Under the pieces are notes generated by a model. It was not told the DNA's origin, did no database searches, and was given only the letters and a program-made list of their open reading frames with translations. DNA of 48,827 nt from NCBI GenBank assembly GCA_964609465.1, contig CAZSSQ010000003.1, forward strand, positions 1 to 48,827, read 5' to 3'. The position numbers and the translations under genes are program-made. Shown one piece after another: positions 17,281 through 27,154 of the stretch. Numbering within the stretch: position 1 is the first letter of the stretch; each line of letters opens with the position of its first letter. The stretch comes from an uncultured Dehalococcoidia bacterium (GTDB taxonomy: Bacteria > Chloroflexota > Dehalococcoidia > DSTF01 > JALHUB01).

Positions 17281-18474
17281 TCAGGCCGCGATCGCCTGCC
17301 TTCGATGGCCAAGCATCTCCTCATAAGCCCCTTCCAGCCGGGACGTCGCTCCCTCCCATGAGTGATTCCGCACGACGTACTCCCGCCCGGCCTCGGCCAG
17401 GCGACGCCTCTCCCGGGGAGCCGCGAGCAACCGAGCCAGGGCCTCAACCCACTCCTCCGGCTCCCTCACAACCAGGAGGTGCACACCAGCCTCGGCGCAC
17501 AGTCCGGAGGCGGCCTGGGGCGACGCCACCACGGGCAGCCCTGCCGCCATGAACTCCAGGGCCTTGTTCTGAATACCTGCCCCGTAAACGATCGGGCAGA
17601 CGCCGATCGTGGCCCGTGCCAGGAAGGGCCGCACGTCCTTCACATAGCCGGTCACCATGATACGGGCGTCCCGGGCCAGACGCTGCACCTCGGCCGAGGG
17701 GTCCGCCCCCACGATGAGCAGCCGGGACCGAGGGTGCCGCTCCCAGACCAGTGGCATCACCCTGCGCACAAAGTCGAGCACCGAGGCCACGTTGGCGTGG
17801 TAGCGCATGTTGCCCAGGAAGACCAGGGTCCGCCCATCCGAGAGGTCCGGCCCCAGTCGGAAGTAGTCGCTGTCAACGCCGTTGGGCACAGCCCGAACGG
17901 GGAGCAGCGGGGCGAGGGCCCGCAGGGCGGCGCAGTCGGCCTCAGTAGTAGCGACGGCGCCGTCCATCCAAGCAAGGGCCTGCCGTTCGTAGCGGCTCGT
18001 CTTCCAGAGCTCCCAGGCCGCCAGAGCGCGCCCGCGCCATCGGCTGGCGTGTAGGGCCCGCGACCAGAGAAGTGTCATGCAGTCCACGGAGTCGTACAGG
18101 CGGGGCAGGCCGCCCAAGATGGGGGCGTACTGAGCCGTGCGCAGGTGCTCCAAGTGCGCGAGATCGCAAGATGACGTTTCCAGGCGCCTCAGGGTCCGGC
18201 GCCCCTCCGTCGAGGCGAAGAACGCCACGTTCAGGGGCATCGGGCCGGGCAGCGACACCAGGCAGTTGCGGGCCACCCCCACCGGCGACACCGGCACCAC
18301 GGCCACTTCTCGACACCACTGCCGTACCTCGCTCAAGGCCTCCTGCCTCTCGCCGGGGCGCGTCAGCACTACCAGGGTCACCTCGTGACCACGGGCCGCC
18401 AGGTGCCGCAGGAACTGCCTCGGTCGAACCCTTAACGGCGAGGGTACGTGGGGCGTGACAAAGAGAATACGCAT
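17281..18474 (-). CDS. Glycosyltransferase, GT-B fold (GT4/GT1 family)
   Basis: MRILFVTPHVPSP..., with a C-terminal GT1-type segment (IGVCPIVYGAGIQNKALEFMAAGLPVVAS). ATG 18474 lies 1 nt after the upstream stop; the longer ORF extension overlaps the neighbouring gene. Confidence 0.8.
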   Translation of the reverse strand: MRILFVTPHVPSPLRVRPRQFLRHLAARGHEVTLVVLTRPGERQEALSEVRQWCREVAVVPVSPVGVARNCLVSLPGPMPLNVAFFASTEGRRTLRRLETSSCDLAHLEHLRTAQYAPILGGLPRLYDSVDCMTLLWSRALHASRWRGRALAAWELWKTSRYERQALAWMDGAVATTEADCAALRALAPLLPVRAVPNGVDSDYFRLGPDLSDGRTLVFLGNMRYHANVASVLDFVRRVMPLVWERHPRSRLLIVGADPSAEVQRLARDARIMVTGYVKDVRPFLARATIGVCPIVYGAGIQNKALEFMAAGLPVVASPQAASGLCAEAGVHLLVVREPEEWVEALARLLAAPRERRRLAEAGREYVVRNHSWEGATSRLEGAYEEMLGHRRQAIAA

Positions 18475-18475
18475 C

Positions 18476-19468
18476 TCAGGAGTCGCTCCTCTGCCGGGCC
18501 GTTTCCGCGTCGGCGCAGACCACGCCTGCCCTTCTCTGCGCAGCCCTCCGTCTCGCGCCCAGCTCCCCCCTGGAGAAGGCCAGGAAGCCCGCCGCCACCA
18601 GGGGCATGACCAGGGGCAGGCGCCAGGCATCGCGGGGATGCCTGCGCAGGGCGCGCCAGGCGATACGTCCCACCCGGTAGGGGTAGGCGGCGGCAGCCAC
18701 CCAGAGGCTGCGGGTCAGGAGGGCATGAGGCAGGTCGTCCAGCAATCGCACCATGCCCACGCCCTCACCCAGGTGTCGCATGTGGCGCAGGAAGCCGCCC
18801 AAGTCCTCACGGTTCTGGTGGCGGACCAGCGCCCGCGGCTCGAAGAGAAGGCGCTCCCCGGCTAGAATCAGCCGTCGGTTGAAGAGAACGTCGTCGCCGG
18901 CATAGTCACCATCGTGGTACAAGCCGTACCTCTCGAAGACCCACCGCTTGTAGGAGCAGTTGCAGCCCACGATGTCCGACACCAGCCGGCGCGGCGACGA
19001 CAGCGCGAGCCATGAGAACTCCATCAGGAAGCTCGCCCAGCCCACAAGGCTAGCCGGGTTGGCGTTGACGACGGAGCCGCCAACCCCCGCGACATCTATC
19101 CCGTGGGCATTCGCCAAGTGCCGCAGCCAGCCAGGGTCTGCCACGCAGTCTGCATCGAAGAAGGCGATGATATCGCCCTGCGCCCGGCCGACACCCAGGT
19201 TCCGCGCCGCCCCCACGGGCGTCCTCGTCTCGCGCCGGATCAGCCGCACCGATGGGAACTCGTCACGGACGATGACGTCTGTTCCATCGCAGGAGCTGTC
19301 CGCGACGATGACTTCGTAGGGCGACGGGATGTCCTGCGCCACCAGCGATTCCAGAGCCCTTCGTATCGTGCAAGCGCCGTTGTAGCAGGGCACGACCACC
19401 GAGACCAGGGGGCGCTCACCCCGGTGGGCGCTCTCTCCACGCGCGGGCCTCCCTGCGCCTTCCGTCAT
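18476..19468 (-). CDS. Glycosyltransferase family 2
   Basis: VSVVVPCYNGACTIRRALESLVAQ...VIVADSSCDGT...FFDADC (DxD-like). ATG 19468 behind GAAGGAG. Confidence 0.85.
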   Translation of the reverse strand: MTEGAGRPARGESAHRGERPLVSVVVPCYNGACTIRRALESLVAQDIPSPYEVIVADSSCDGTDVIVRDEFPSVRLIRRETRTPVGAARNLGVGRAQGDIIAFFDADCVADPGWLRHLANAHGIDVAGVGGSVVNANPASLVGWASFLMEFSWLALSSPRRLVSDIVGCNCSYKRWVFERYGLYHDGDYAGDDVLFNRRLILAGERLLFEPRALVRHQNREDLGGFLRHMRHLGEGVGMVRLLDDLPHALLTRSLWVAAAAYPYRVGRIAWRALRRHPRDAWRLPLVMPLVAAGFLAFSRGELGARRRAAQRRAGVVCADAETARQRSDS

Positions 19469-19482
19469 GGCCGACTCCTTCT

Positions 19483-20604
19483 TCAGGCCCCGGCTCCTTT
19501 GCCCTGAGTCGCGGCCTTCTCCAGCACGGCCAGGGTGCGCCGGGCGCACTCCTGCCAGGAGAACTGACGCGCCCTGGCTCGGCCTGCTCTTCGCATCTCC
19601 TCCCTGAGCGCCGGGTCGGACGCCACGCGGACCATGGCCGCCGCCATGTCCTCGATGTCCAGAGGGTCCACCAGCAACCCAGCCTCGCCGACCACCTCCG
19701 GCAAGGACGAGGTGCGGGAGGCAATCACAGGCGCGCCGCAGGTCATGGCCTCCAGCGGTGGCAGTCCGAAGCCCTCGTAGAGGGAAGGATAGACAAAGGC
19801 CAGCGCTCCCGAGTAAAGGTCAGCCAGCTCTGCATCGGAAACGTAGCCGACGAACCGCACCGAGCCGTCGAGGCCCAGCTCCTGTGTCGAGCGGAGAAGA
19901 CCGTCGCATTGCCAGCCGGGCTGCCCGACCACCATGAGGGCGGCATCCTCCGGAAGCCGGCCGCGCGCCGCCCCGTAGGCCTCCAGCAGACGGGCGAAGT
20001 TCTTAATGGGCTCCACTGTGCCCACAGCGAGGAAGTAGGTGTCCTCGGCAGAGGTGGGTTTCGCCAGTCCACCGTCGAACACCGGCGAAGCTGCCTCGTG
20101 AATCACCTCGACCCGCTCCGGGTTGAGCCCCCAGAGGCGGACGACGTCGTCCCTGGTGTTGCGACTGACGGCGATCACGCTCGTGGCCCGGGTGGCGCCC
20201 ATACGCAAGATGTGCCGGGAGTAGAAGCACGATCGAAGGTTGGCCCGCCCTGGGAAGAGCTGATTCGTCAGATCGTGTACGGTCACCACCGAGGGGCCCG
20301 CGTAAGCCAGAGCGGCCGCTAGGACGGGATAGTGGACCACGTCGAGGCGCAAACCGTAGAGGAGCGGCGGCAGGACGATCTGCTCCAGGTAGCGTGCCTC
20401 CGGTCGGGGCAGCGGCAGCACGACGCGCCGCCAGCTTGCTGGAAGGTGTGCGAAGTCCTGGGCATTGTCAGGATGAAGGAAGAGGACGTATGTGTTCCGC
20501 CGGTCTACCTGGGCCAGGGCGGAGAGAAGGCAGTGTGCATAGCGCGCCACGCCGCCCCGTCGCGCCTTCCCCGTCAGACCGGAGAGCACCATGCCGATGC
20601 GCAC
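19483..20604 (-). CDS. Glycosyltransferase, GT-B fold (GT4 family)
   Basis: 373 aa. Contains [25 protein letters not shown], the E-x7-E-type GT4 motif. The GTG start directly abuts the upstream TAG. Confidence 0.85.
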   Translation of the reverse strand: MRIGMVLSGLTGKARRGGVARYAHCLLSALAQVDRRNTYVLFLHPDNAQDFAHLPASWRRVVLPLPRPEARYLEQIVLPPLLYGLRLDVVHYPVLAAALAYAGPSVVTVHDLTNQLFPGRANLRSCFYSRHILRMGATRATSVIAVSRNTRDDVVRLWGLNPERVEVIHEAASPVFDGGLAKPTSAEDTYFLAVGTVEPIKNFARLLEAYGAARGRLPEDAALMVVGQPGWQCDGLLRSTQELGLDGSVRFVGYVSDAELADLYSGALAFVYPSLYEGFGLPPLEAMTCGAPVIASRTSSLPEVVGEAGLLVDPLDIEDMAAAMVRVASDPALREEMRRAGRARARQFSWQECARRTLAVLEKAATQGKGAGA

Positions 20605-21453
20605 CTAGGGGCCTCCCTCAGCAGCTAACGCCTCTGAGTCTTCCACCTTCTCGGCCAGCAAACCGAAACACAGGGCACCGAGCTTGCACCGCTGGAACAC
20701 CAGCGACTCGTAGTATGCGAGCCTGTGAAGAATGGCCAGAGCCGCGATCCGCGGGTCCAGGAGGTCGCGAAAGCTCTTCCCCCTGTCCAGGTCCTTTCGA
20801 CTGCGCAAGCTGTCGGCCAGCAACACGTCCCGGTAAACGTCCGCCACTTGCCCCATCCAGTGGAGTGCGTATCTAACACCCTGGATGCGAAAACGCGCCC
20901 CTGTGAAGCGGGCCAACAGGTCTGAGCAGGTGAACTTCTGCACGTGGCCATCAAGCCTGAGACGGAGGCTGCCCACCCACGTGTTCCTCAACCTGTAGTG
21001 GAGGGTGCCCCTGTTTCCTTCGCAGGGGACCGCGACGACCGCCAGACCACCCGGCCTCAGGACACGCCATATCTCCGCGATGGCGGCGTCGGGCTCGAAA
21101 AGATGCTCCAAGACGTGGGAACACATGACCACGTCGAAGGAGCGGTCCTCATAGGGTAGATGGGTGGCGTCGGCCCGCACGTAGGAGACGGCTTCCGGAT
21201 AGGTCAACGCAGTGCCCAAGGCGGTTCGACTGATGTCCACCCCCGAGACTGCCAGGTGGGGGCGTAGGCGCCCAACCGTCCTTATGAGCCGCCCCTCCCC
21301 ACAACCAACCTCCAGGACCCGAGCGTGGTCCATCTTGAGTTGCCGCAGGATCCAGTCGAGCTGAAGGCTGGAGAAGTCGCCGGTCCTGCCCAACGGGATG
21401 TAGCCGTCACCCCAGGTGTTGGTCTCGTAGTCGAACACTGAGGGCATTGTCAT
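20605..21453 (-). CDS. Class I SAM-dependent methyltransferase
   Basis: Motif I VLEVGCGEGRL, then SFDVVMCSHVLEHL and LRPGGLAVV. ATGA overlap with the upstream flippase gene. Confidence 0.8.
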   Translation of the reverse strand: MTMPSVFDYETNTWGDGYIPLGRTGDFSSLQLDWILRQLKMDHARVLEVGCGEGRLIRTVGRLRPHLAVSGVDISRTALGTALTYPEAVSYVRADATHLPYEDRSFDVVMCSHVLEHLFEPDAAIAEIWRVLRPGGLAVVAVPCEGNRGTLHYRLRNTWVGSLRLRLDGHVQKFTCSDLLARFTGARFRIQGVRYALHWMGQVADVYRDVLLADSLRSRKDLDRGKSFRDLLDPRIAALAILHRLAYYESLVFQRCKLGALCFGLLAEKVEDSEALAAEGGP

Positions 21454-23078
21454 CTCTGGTAGCCTCCTGCTATCGCTCGGACGGGCCCCCGGATGTGGTC
21501 TAGGACCACCGCGAAGAGGATTCTCATCTCCTTCATACCCATGGCCGCCGCCGCCAGAACGTACGCAGTCGCCCCGGCGAAAGTGCAGACGGAAAGATAG
21601 AGGACGAGGTCAGGAGCCGATACCGGTACGAGGATGCTTCTCAGAAGGTGGCTGACTGCCCAGATAGCCGCCCACATGAGGGCGGCCGCCAGACCCACCT
21701 GAGCGGCGGTGACGGCAATTCGCTCCTCGCCTATGGGCCCTGCTCGACGCCGGAGGAAGTAGTAGAGGAGCAACATGACACTTGTAGTGACGACCAGTTG
21801 CCCCAGCGCCAGGCCGGGCACACCCCACGTCATGGAAAGAGCGATCGCCACTGGCACCATGAGGGAGACGGCTGCAAGGTGGGCAAGAAGCGGCGACACG
21901 AAGTCATCGAAGGCGTTGAGCGCCCTGATAAGAAGCCACACAATCCCGTAGAGCGGCAGGGCGATGACGTACGAGCGGAGGGCTGAAGCCGTCAGCTCTG
22001 CGGCGGTACCCGTAAAGGCGCCTCTCTGCAGAATGACCTCTACTATTTCGCCCGAGAGTGTGGCCATCAGCACGGCGATTGGGGCTCCGATGAACACGAG
22101 AATGCGCACGTTGCCCGTCACCACCGATGCAAAGCGCTGGATATCTCCTCGCGCCACGTATCTAGACAGGCTCGGGAACGAGACGGTGACCAGCGCGAAG
22201 GCGAACGCCGACGGAAACAGCGCGATCTTGTAGGCATAGCTCAGGGACGACACGGCGCCGTTTCCTAGATGCGAAGCCAGCACGCGCTCCAGAACGAAGT
22301 ACATCTGGATGGACACCGCTGTGGCCAGCGCCGGCAGCAAGTTCGCGGCTGCGCGTCGCAAATGGCGGCCGCCGGTCCCAAGGCTGAAAGACCGGCGCTG
22401 GCGGATCCTGGCGAAGCTGGGACCAAGCAGCGCTAGCTGGGCCACTCCCGCCACCACCGTCCCTGCCGCCAGGCCTGCCATGCCGTACATAGCCCCGAGG
22501 ACGAGGGCGCTGACGATGGCGCCGGCGTTGAACACGAACGGTGCCAGCGCCGGCATAGCGAACTTGAGGTGCGCATTCAGCACCGCCGTCCCATAGGCTG
22601 TGAGGCCGAAGAACAGCGTGAGAGGGAACATCGCTCGCGTTAGGTTCACCGCCATAGCAGCGGTTGACTCGTCAAATCCGGGAGCCAGGATTGTGACGAC
22701 CAAAGGCGCAAGAACTACCCCGGCCACACCTATGGCCGCGAGGAGGACGAAAAGCAGTCCCCCCGCCGAAACCACAAGCCCCCAAGCCGTCTCCATCTCT
22801 CCTCGTTCGAGACACCGGCTCAGGACGGGCACCAGAACGGCGGTAAGAGAACCAGTGAGGAGCACCTGCTGGAGAAGCCCCGGGATGAAAAGCGCCGTTA
22901 GATAGCCGTCCGTCTCCCGGCTCGCGCCAAATCGCAAAGCTATGGCAACCTCGCGAAGGAAGCCCGAGCCCGTACCGAGAAGCGTCAACAGGGTCACGAC
23001 GGCGGCGGGACCCACCACGCCGCTCACGTGGGCGGCGGAGTATCGAGGTCTGACCTGTTCGTAGGCTATCGCTTCCAC
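21450..23078 (-). CDS. MOP-superfamily lipid-linked glycan flippase (MurJ/MviN-like)
   Basis: Polytopic protein. The N-terminal LLGTGSGFLREVAIALRFGASRETDGYLTALFIPGLLQQ resembles the MurJ signature. I chose GTG 23078; the remaining 383 codons of the 925-aa ORF overlap the Wzy-like gene in another frame and are Arg/Gly-rich. Confidence 0.7.
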   Translation of the reverse strand: MEAIAYEQVRPRYSAAHVSGVVGPAAVVTLLTLLGTGSGFLREVAIALRFGASRETDGYLTALFIPGLLQQVLLTGSLTAVLVPVLSRCLERGEMETAWGLVVSAGGLLFVLLAAIGVAGVVLAPLVVTILAPGFDESTAAMAVNLTRAMFPLTLFFGLTAYGTAVLNAHLKFAMPALAPFVFNAGAIVSALVLGAMYGMAGLAAGTVVAGVAQLALLGPSFARIRQRRSFSLGTGGRHLRRAAANLLPALATAVSIQMYFVLERVLASHLGNGAVSSLSYAYKIALFPSAFAFALVTVSFPSLSRYVARGDIQRFASVVTGNVRILVFIGAPIAVLMATLSGEIVEVILQRGAFTGTAAELTASALRSYVIALPLYGIVWLLIRALNAFDDFVSPLLAHLAAVSLMVPVAIALSMTWGVPGLALGQLVVTTSVMLLLYYFLRRRAGPIGEERIAVTAAQVGLAAALMWAAIWAVSHLLRSILVPVSAPDLVLYLSVCTFAGATAYVLAAAAMGMKEMRILFAVVLDHIRGPVRAIAGGYQR

Positions 23079-24577
23079 GTCGCTTCGCCGGCTTCTCTTT
23101 CCGGTTCGCTCGAAGCGACGAGCCCGAGCGCAACGAAGAAAGTAGTGCCGGAATACTCCAGAACTAGGGCGTTGCCAATAAAAAGGGCAACCAGCGTGAA
23201 CTGGGCCAGCACCAGGAACAGGCCCAACGCCAGCGCCCGGTCCTCGCCCGACCATGCCCTTTTTAGCCGTCTCAGGCTCGCCCCCCAGGCAGCGACCAGG
23301 AGCCACGCAACGGCGGCCATCCCAAGCCAGCCCGTCGCCAGGCCCACGTCGAGAAACATGTTGTGGGCGGAGATGCCTCGTTCGCCCTGGATGAGGACGG
23401 CTTCGCTGGTCGGCACGGCGTAGCTGAAGTTCTCCAGGTAGTAGCGACGGTAGCCGTCCAGCCCCATGCCCCAGGGGTGCTGGGCAATGAGGTCTTGCGC
23501 CAACTCCCAGTGAAAGGTGCGTGAACGCGCCGATATGTCTTCGCCGGAAAACAGGCCAGTGATCCTCCCCAGAATGGGGCTTCCCGCCACGGCGTCGCGC
23601 ACTGGCCCGCCGTAGGCGGCGAACCACAGAACGCCGACGCCAAGACCCAGCACGCCCAGAGCCAGCAACGGCACGCCCCGTCCCCTGGCGGCAGCGACGA
23701 AAGCAGCCAGCAACGCCGAGCCAAGAACCCCTAGACTCACCACCGCGGTCAGGCTGTTGGCCATGATCATCTGCACACCGATGGCCGCCAGAAGAGCGGC
23801 CAGGGCCAGCCTCAGCGGTCGGGTGCGGGCGGCCAGCAGCGCCGCTCCGCAGGTCACCAGCCCGAAGCCCAGGTACGGCCCGTAGTGCATGCCCATCAAG
23901 GCTTCCACTCCCTCTCGCAGGCCCTCTACCGTTGTGTCGCCGATCAGCCACTGCTGAAACCCATAGGCAACGTTGATCGTCACTCCCAAGAGCAGGCCGA
24001 CGACCATTGCCGGCACCTCTCGCCTCCCGACGGCGCCCGCTACCACGAAGTAGACGGCGACGCCCAGAGCCAGTCGGTAGAACACCTTGATAGCGCTGAA
24101 CTCGTAAGAGGTGAGGAGCCAGTCCGGCTGACGCAGAAACGCCAGCAGATAGACGAGACCGATTGCGAGCACTGGCCAGTGCAGCCGTTGAGGGTAGATC
24201 AACGGTTCCTTTCTCAACATCCGGCACGTTACGTAGGCCACCAGGGCCACCATCACGGCGGCTTCGCCGGGGCTGACGACGGCGCCACCGACCTCGAGGC
24301 GGACAGAGGGCAGCCCGATGCCCAAACCGAGGAGAGCCAGGGGCACGTCGATTCGGCTCAGAGAGACAGCGACCACCGCGAGGCCGCCCAGCACGACGAG
24401 AAAGAGAAGCGCTCCCTCGGCGCCGACCGCCCCCACGGCCAGGCCGACCACCACCGCCGCTGCCGCCGTCAGGGCCGCCCGGCTTGCTGCGCCAGAGGGC
24501 ATCCGCCAGCCATCCCAGGCCTCCGGCCTGCTGAGAGGCGGGACCGTAAGGGCTCGCGCCGCCGGCTGGTTCATCAT
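23066..24577 (-). CDS. O-antigen ligase/polymerase-like membrane protein (Wzy_C domain)
   Basis: 503 aa with about 10-12 TM segments. ERGISAHNMFLDVGLATGWLGMAAVAWLL matches the Wzy_C HN..L....G..G motif. ATGATG start behind GGGAGA. Confidence 0.7.
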   Translation of the reverse strand: MMNQPAARALTVPPLSRPEAWDGWRMPSGAASRAALTAAAAVVVGLAVGAVGAEGALLFLVVLGGLAVVAVSLSRIDVPLALLGLGIGLPSVRLEVGGAVVSPGEAAVMVALVAYVTCRMLRKEPLIYPQRLHWPVLAIGLVYLLAFLRQPDWLLTSYEFSAIKVFYRLALGVAVYFVVAGAVGRREVPAMVVGLLLGVTINVAYGFQQWLIGDTTVEGLREGVEALMGMHYGPYLGFGLVTCGAALLAARTRPLRLALAALLAAIGVQMIMANSLTAVVSLGVLGSALLAAFVAAARGRGVPLLALGVLGLGVGVLWFAAYGGPVRDAVAGSPILGRITGLFSGEDISARSRTFHWELAQDLIAQHPWGMGLDGYRRYYLENFSYAVPTSEAVLIQGERGISAHNMFLDVGLATGWLGMAAVAWLLVAAWGASLRRLKRAWSGEDRALALGLFLVLAQFTLVALFIGNALVLEYSGTTFFVALGLVASSEPEREAGEATWKR

Positions 24578-24687
24578 CGGCTATCTCCCGGCGGAGGGCA
24601 TGGCCCCCGAGGGCCCCGCCTGCGGAGCCTTCCAGCGATATGTGTCTGTGTCCTGGGGAATAGCGCCCTCCCTGGCATTCAGGTCTC

Positions 24688-26121
24688 CTAGCCTGCCGTC
24701 GAAGAACCCACGCCCGCCTTCGGCGCCAGCGCCGGCCCGCTTTCTACGCGCGGGCGGGCCATGAGCGGCACCGGTGCCCGACCCAGAAGCACCCTCCTGG
24801 CGGACCCCAGGAGCAGCCGCAGGTCCAGCCACAGCGAGTAGCCCTGCACGTATTCGACCTCGGGTGGCAGGCCGCTGCCGTCAGCGCCCTCTTCCGCAAA
24901 GCGCCAGGGCCCGGTCAGGCCCGGCCTCACCCAGGAGAGGGGAACGCTCACATGCGAGCCGGGTGTCACCGGCACCGCCCGCGGCCCCACCAGGCTCAAG
25001 TGGCCGGCCAGGACGTTGAGAAGCGCTGGCAGCTTGCCCAGGCGGCTGCCGGCCATGCGCCGGCCCCAGGACCCATCCACCTGCTCCTGAGGAGGCTTCC
25101 GCAGCGAGAGGAGGCCGAAGGGCCGGCCGCCGCGACCCAACACCTTCGTTGTTGCCAGAGGCTGGCCCGCTCCATCGAGGATGGAGGTCACCCAGGCGAT
25201 GCCGATGACGGCCAGGACCAGGGGCAGCAAACACAAGGCGACGGTGCGGTCGATGAGGCCCTTGACCACCGCCTCGGGCCCTCGGATGCGCAGGGGCTCC
25301 AGGGCCATCATGGGCACCCGGCACTCGTAGGTGACCTTGACGCCCGTGGTCAGGGCATCGTAGAGGCCGGGAAGCAGGCGTACCCGCGGCCAATGGTGTT
25401 GCGAAGCGAACTCCAGCACACGCTGGAGGCTCTCCCAGGTTACCGCCGTCGGTGCCACCACCACCTCGTCCACGGCGTAGCGCCGTACGCACTCCTCGAG
25501 GCGCGTCGGGTCGCCGACAACTTCTATCCCGTCCAGAAGCGGCGTTCCGGGAGGCTGGAAGTCATGGAGATAGCCAACCACCTTCACTCCGTCGCCGTCG
25601 CCAGCCATGCGGCGGGCCAGGGCCAGGGCCGGAGCGTCCGCCCCCACGATGAGCACTCGTCTGCCGAGACGGCCTCGCCTTCGCAGGAGGGCGACCGCCC
25701 GGCCCACAGCCCAGCGCCCGCTGCCCAGGAGGAGCATGGAGAAGAGCCACGTAAGGAGGACGGCGCCCCGCGATAGCTGCTCCTCCACCAGGAAGGTGAG
25801 GAACACGACCACCACGAGGCCCAGGGTGCAGGCGCCTACCAGGCGCTCGAACTGGCCCCGACCAGCCAGGGCATAGTCGCGGTCGTAGAGGTCGTAGAGA
25901 GCGAGGAGAAGCAGGTAAGCAGGCACGGCCAGGGCGCCGAAGACTAAGAAGCCCTCGAGATCGAACGAGGAGCGCCGCAGCCAGAGGCCGCTGCCGTAAC
26001 GAAAGTAGAAGGCGAGCGCCAGGGCCAGGCCGATCGCCCCAGCGTCAACGACGATCAGGACCAGGGCTAGCATGTCCCGTCGTCGGTGATCACCTCGCTC
26101 AGCGTCACTGAAGTCAGGCAA
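24688..26121 (-). CDS. Large polyprenyl-phosphate glycosyl-phosphotransferase homologue (WbaP/EpsB-type architecture) with a degenerate catalytic motif
   Basis: N-terminal TM bundle, a Rossmann-like RVLIVGADAPALALARRM segment, and a C-terminal sugar-transferase domain (LPALLNVLAGHLSLVGPR, RPGLTGPWR, YSLWLDLRLLLGS). The position of the conserved DE in DELPQL reads GK (SRLGKLPAL). TTG 26121 behind GGAGG; 8-nt overlap with the upstream gene. Confidence 0.7.
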   Translation of the reverse strand: MPDFSDAERGDHRRRDMLALVLIVVDAGAIGLALALAFYFRYGSGLWLRRSSFDLEGFLVFGALAVPAYLLLLALYDLYDRDYALAGRGQFERLVGACTLGLVVVVFLTFLVEEQLSRGAVLLTWLFSMLLLGSGRWAVGRAVALLRRRGRLGRRVLIVGADAPALALARRMAGDGDGVKVVGYLHDFQPPGTPLLDGIEVVGDPTRLEECVRRYAVDEVVVAPTAVTWESLQRVLEFASQHHWPRVRLLPGLYDALTTGVKVTYECRVPMMALEPLRIRGPEAVVKGLIDRTVALCLLPLVLAVIGIAWVTSILDGAGQPLATTKVLGRGGRPFGLLSLRKPPQEQVDGSWGRRMAGSRLGKLPALLNVLAGHLSLVGPRAVPVTPGSHVSVPLSWVRPGLTGPWRFAEEGADGSGLPPEVEYVQGYSLWLDLRLLLGSARRVLLGRAPVPLMARPRVESGPALAPKAGVGSSTAG

Positions 26122-27151
26122 CGGCGGCCTCCATCCGCAGCCAGGACGACGAGTTCCTCAGCACCTTGGCGCCGGCGTCCTCAAGGTGGAAGTCCATCCG
26201 GTAGAGCCTTTCTCGCTCCAGGGCCTCAGTGAGGGCAGCCTGGCACCCCAGCGGGCAGACGAGGAGGAGGAAACCGCCGCCGCCAGCGCCGGTCACCTTG
26301 CCGCCGAGGGCGCCGTGGCGACGGGCGACCTCGTACCAGTGATCGATCTGGGGGTTAGAGATACCGCGGGCCAGGCGCTTCTTCTCGCTCCAGCAGCGGT
26401 CAAGCAAGGCGCCTAAGCCCTCGACGTCGCCGGCCAGCAGCCGTTGTCGGCATTCCAAGGCAGCCGTCCTCATGAAGTGGAGCGACTCCAAGACGACGGG
26501 CTCACGGCGGCCGATGGATTCCCTCTGCTGGTGCATGATCTGCGAGGCATGGCGGGAGGACCCGGTGAAGAAGAGGAGCAGACTCTCTTCCAGCGCCCGC
26601 CGCGCGCTCACCGATATCTCCAGGCGCTCCACCTCCGTGCCGGCGGCCTGGAAGGAGATGGCATTGATGCCACCGAAGGCAGCGGCGTACTGGTCCTGGT
26701 GCCCGATGGGCTCCCCCAGCTTGTCGATCTCGATGTGGCAGGCCAGCTCCGCTATCTCGCAACGCGGCATGGGCCTGCCAACGTAGGTGCTGAGGGCCTT
26801 GACCAGGGCCACAGCCACCGTGCTGGAACTGCCCAGGCCGGTTCCTGGCGGCACCTCCGAGGCCAGGAAGATGGACAGCCCTTCGTCGATGCCGAACTCA
26901 TGGAGGATAGCCTTAGGTAGACAGAGATCGCCGTCCCAGAGGAGGAGATGGCCGTTGGCATGGCGGTAGAAGGCCCGGTAGTCTGAGGAGGTGATCTGGA
27001 GGCTGCCTCCGTGATTGGGGGTGAGGAAGACGTAGAAGTACTTGTCGATGGTGGTGCTCACCACCATGCCGCCGTGCTCGAGGTAGTAGGCCTCCAGGTC
27101 GGTGCCGCCGCCGGCAAAGCTGATGCGCACTGGCGCCCGCGCGATGAGCAT
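26114..27151 (-). CDS. hddA: GHMP-family sugar kinase, D-glycero-alpha-D-manno-heptose-7-phosphate kinase-like
   Basis: MLIARAPVRISFAGGGTDLEAYYLEHGGMVVSTTIDKYFYV plus the GHMP motif II PPGTGLGSSSTVAVALV. It sits next to GmhB, SIS and nucleotidyltransferase functions. Confidence 0.75.
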   Translation of the reverse strand: MLIARAPVRISFAGGGTDLEAYYLEHGGMVVSTTIDKYFYVFLTPNHGGSLQITSSDYRAFYRHANGHLLLWDGDLCLPKAILHEFGIDEGLSIFLASEVPPGTGLGSSSTVAVALVKALSTYVGRPMPRCEIAELACHIEIDKLGEPIGHQDQYAAAFGGINAISFQAAGTEVERLEISVSARRALEESLLLFFTGSSRHASQIMHQQRESIGRREPVVLESLHFMRTAALECRQRLLAGDVEGLGALLDRCWSEKKRLARGISNPQIDHWYEVARRHGALGGKVTGAGGGGFLLLVCPLGCQAALTEALERERLYRMDFHLEDAGAKVLRNSSSWLRMEAAVA

Positions 27152-27154
27152 CGT

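Noticed and set aside
23079-24227. The N-terminal 383 codons of the 925-aa ORF that contains the MurJ-like flippase.
   Set aside because: This part overlaps the Wzy_C gene in another frame and is Arg/Gly/Pro-rich without TM segments. MurJ homology begins right after GTG 23078.
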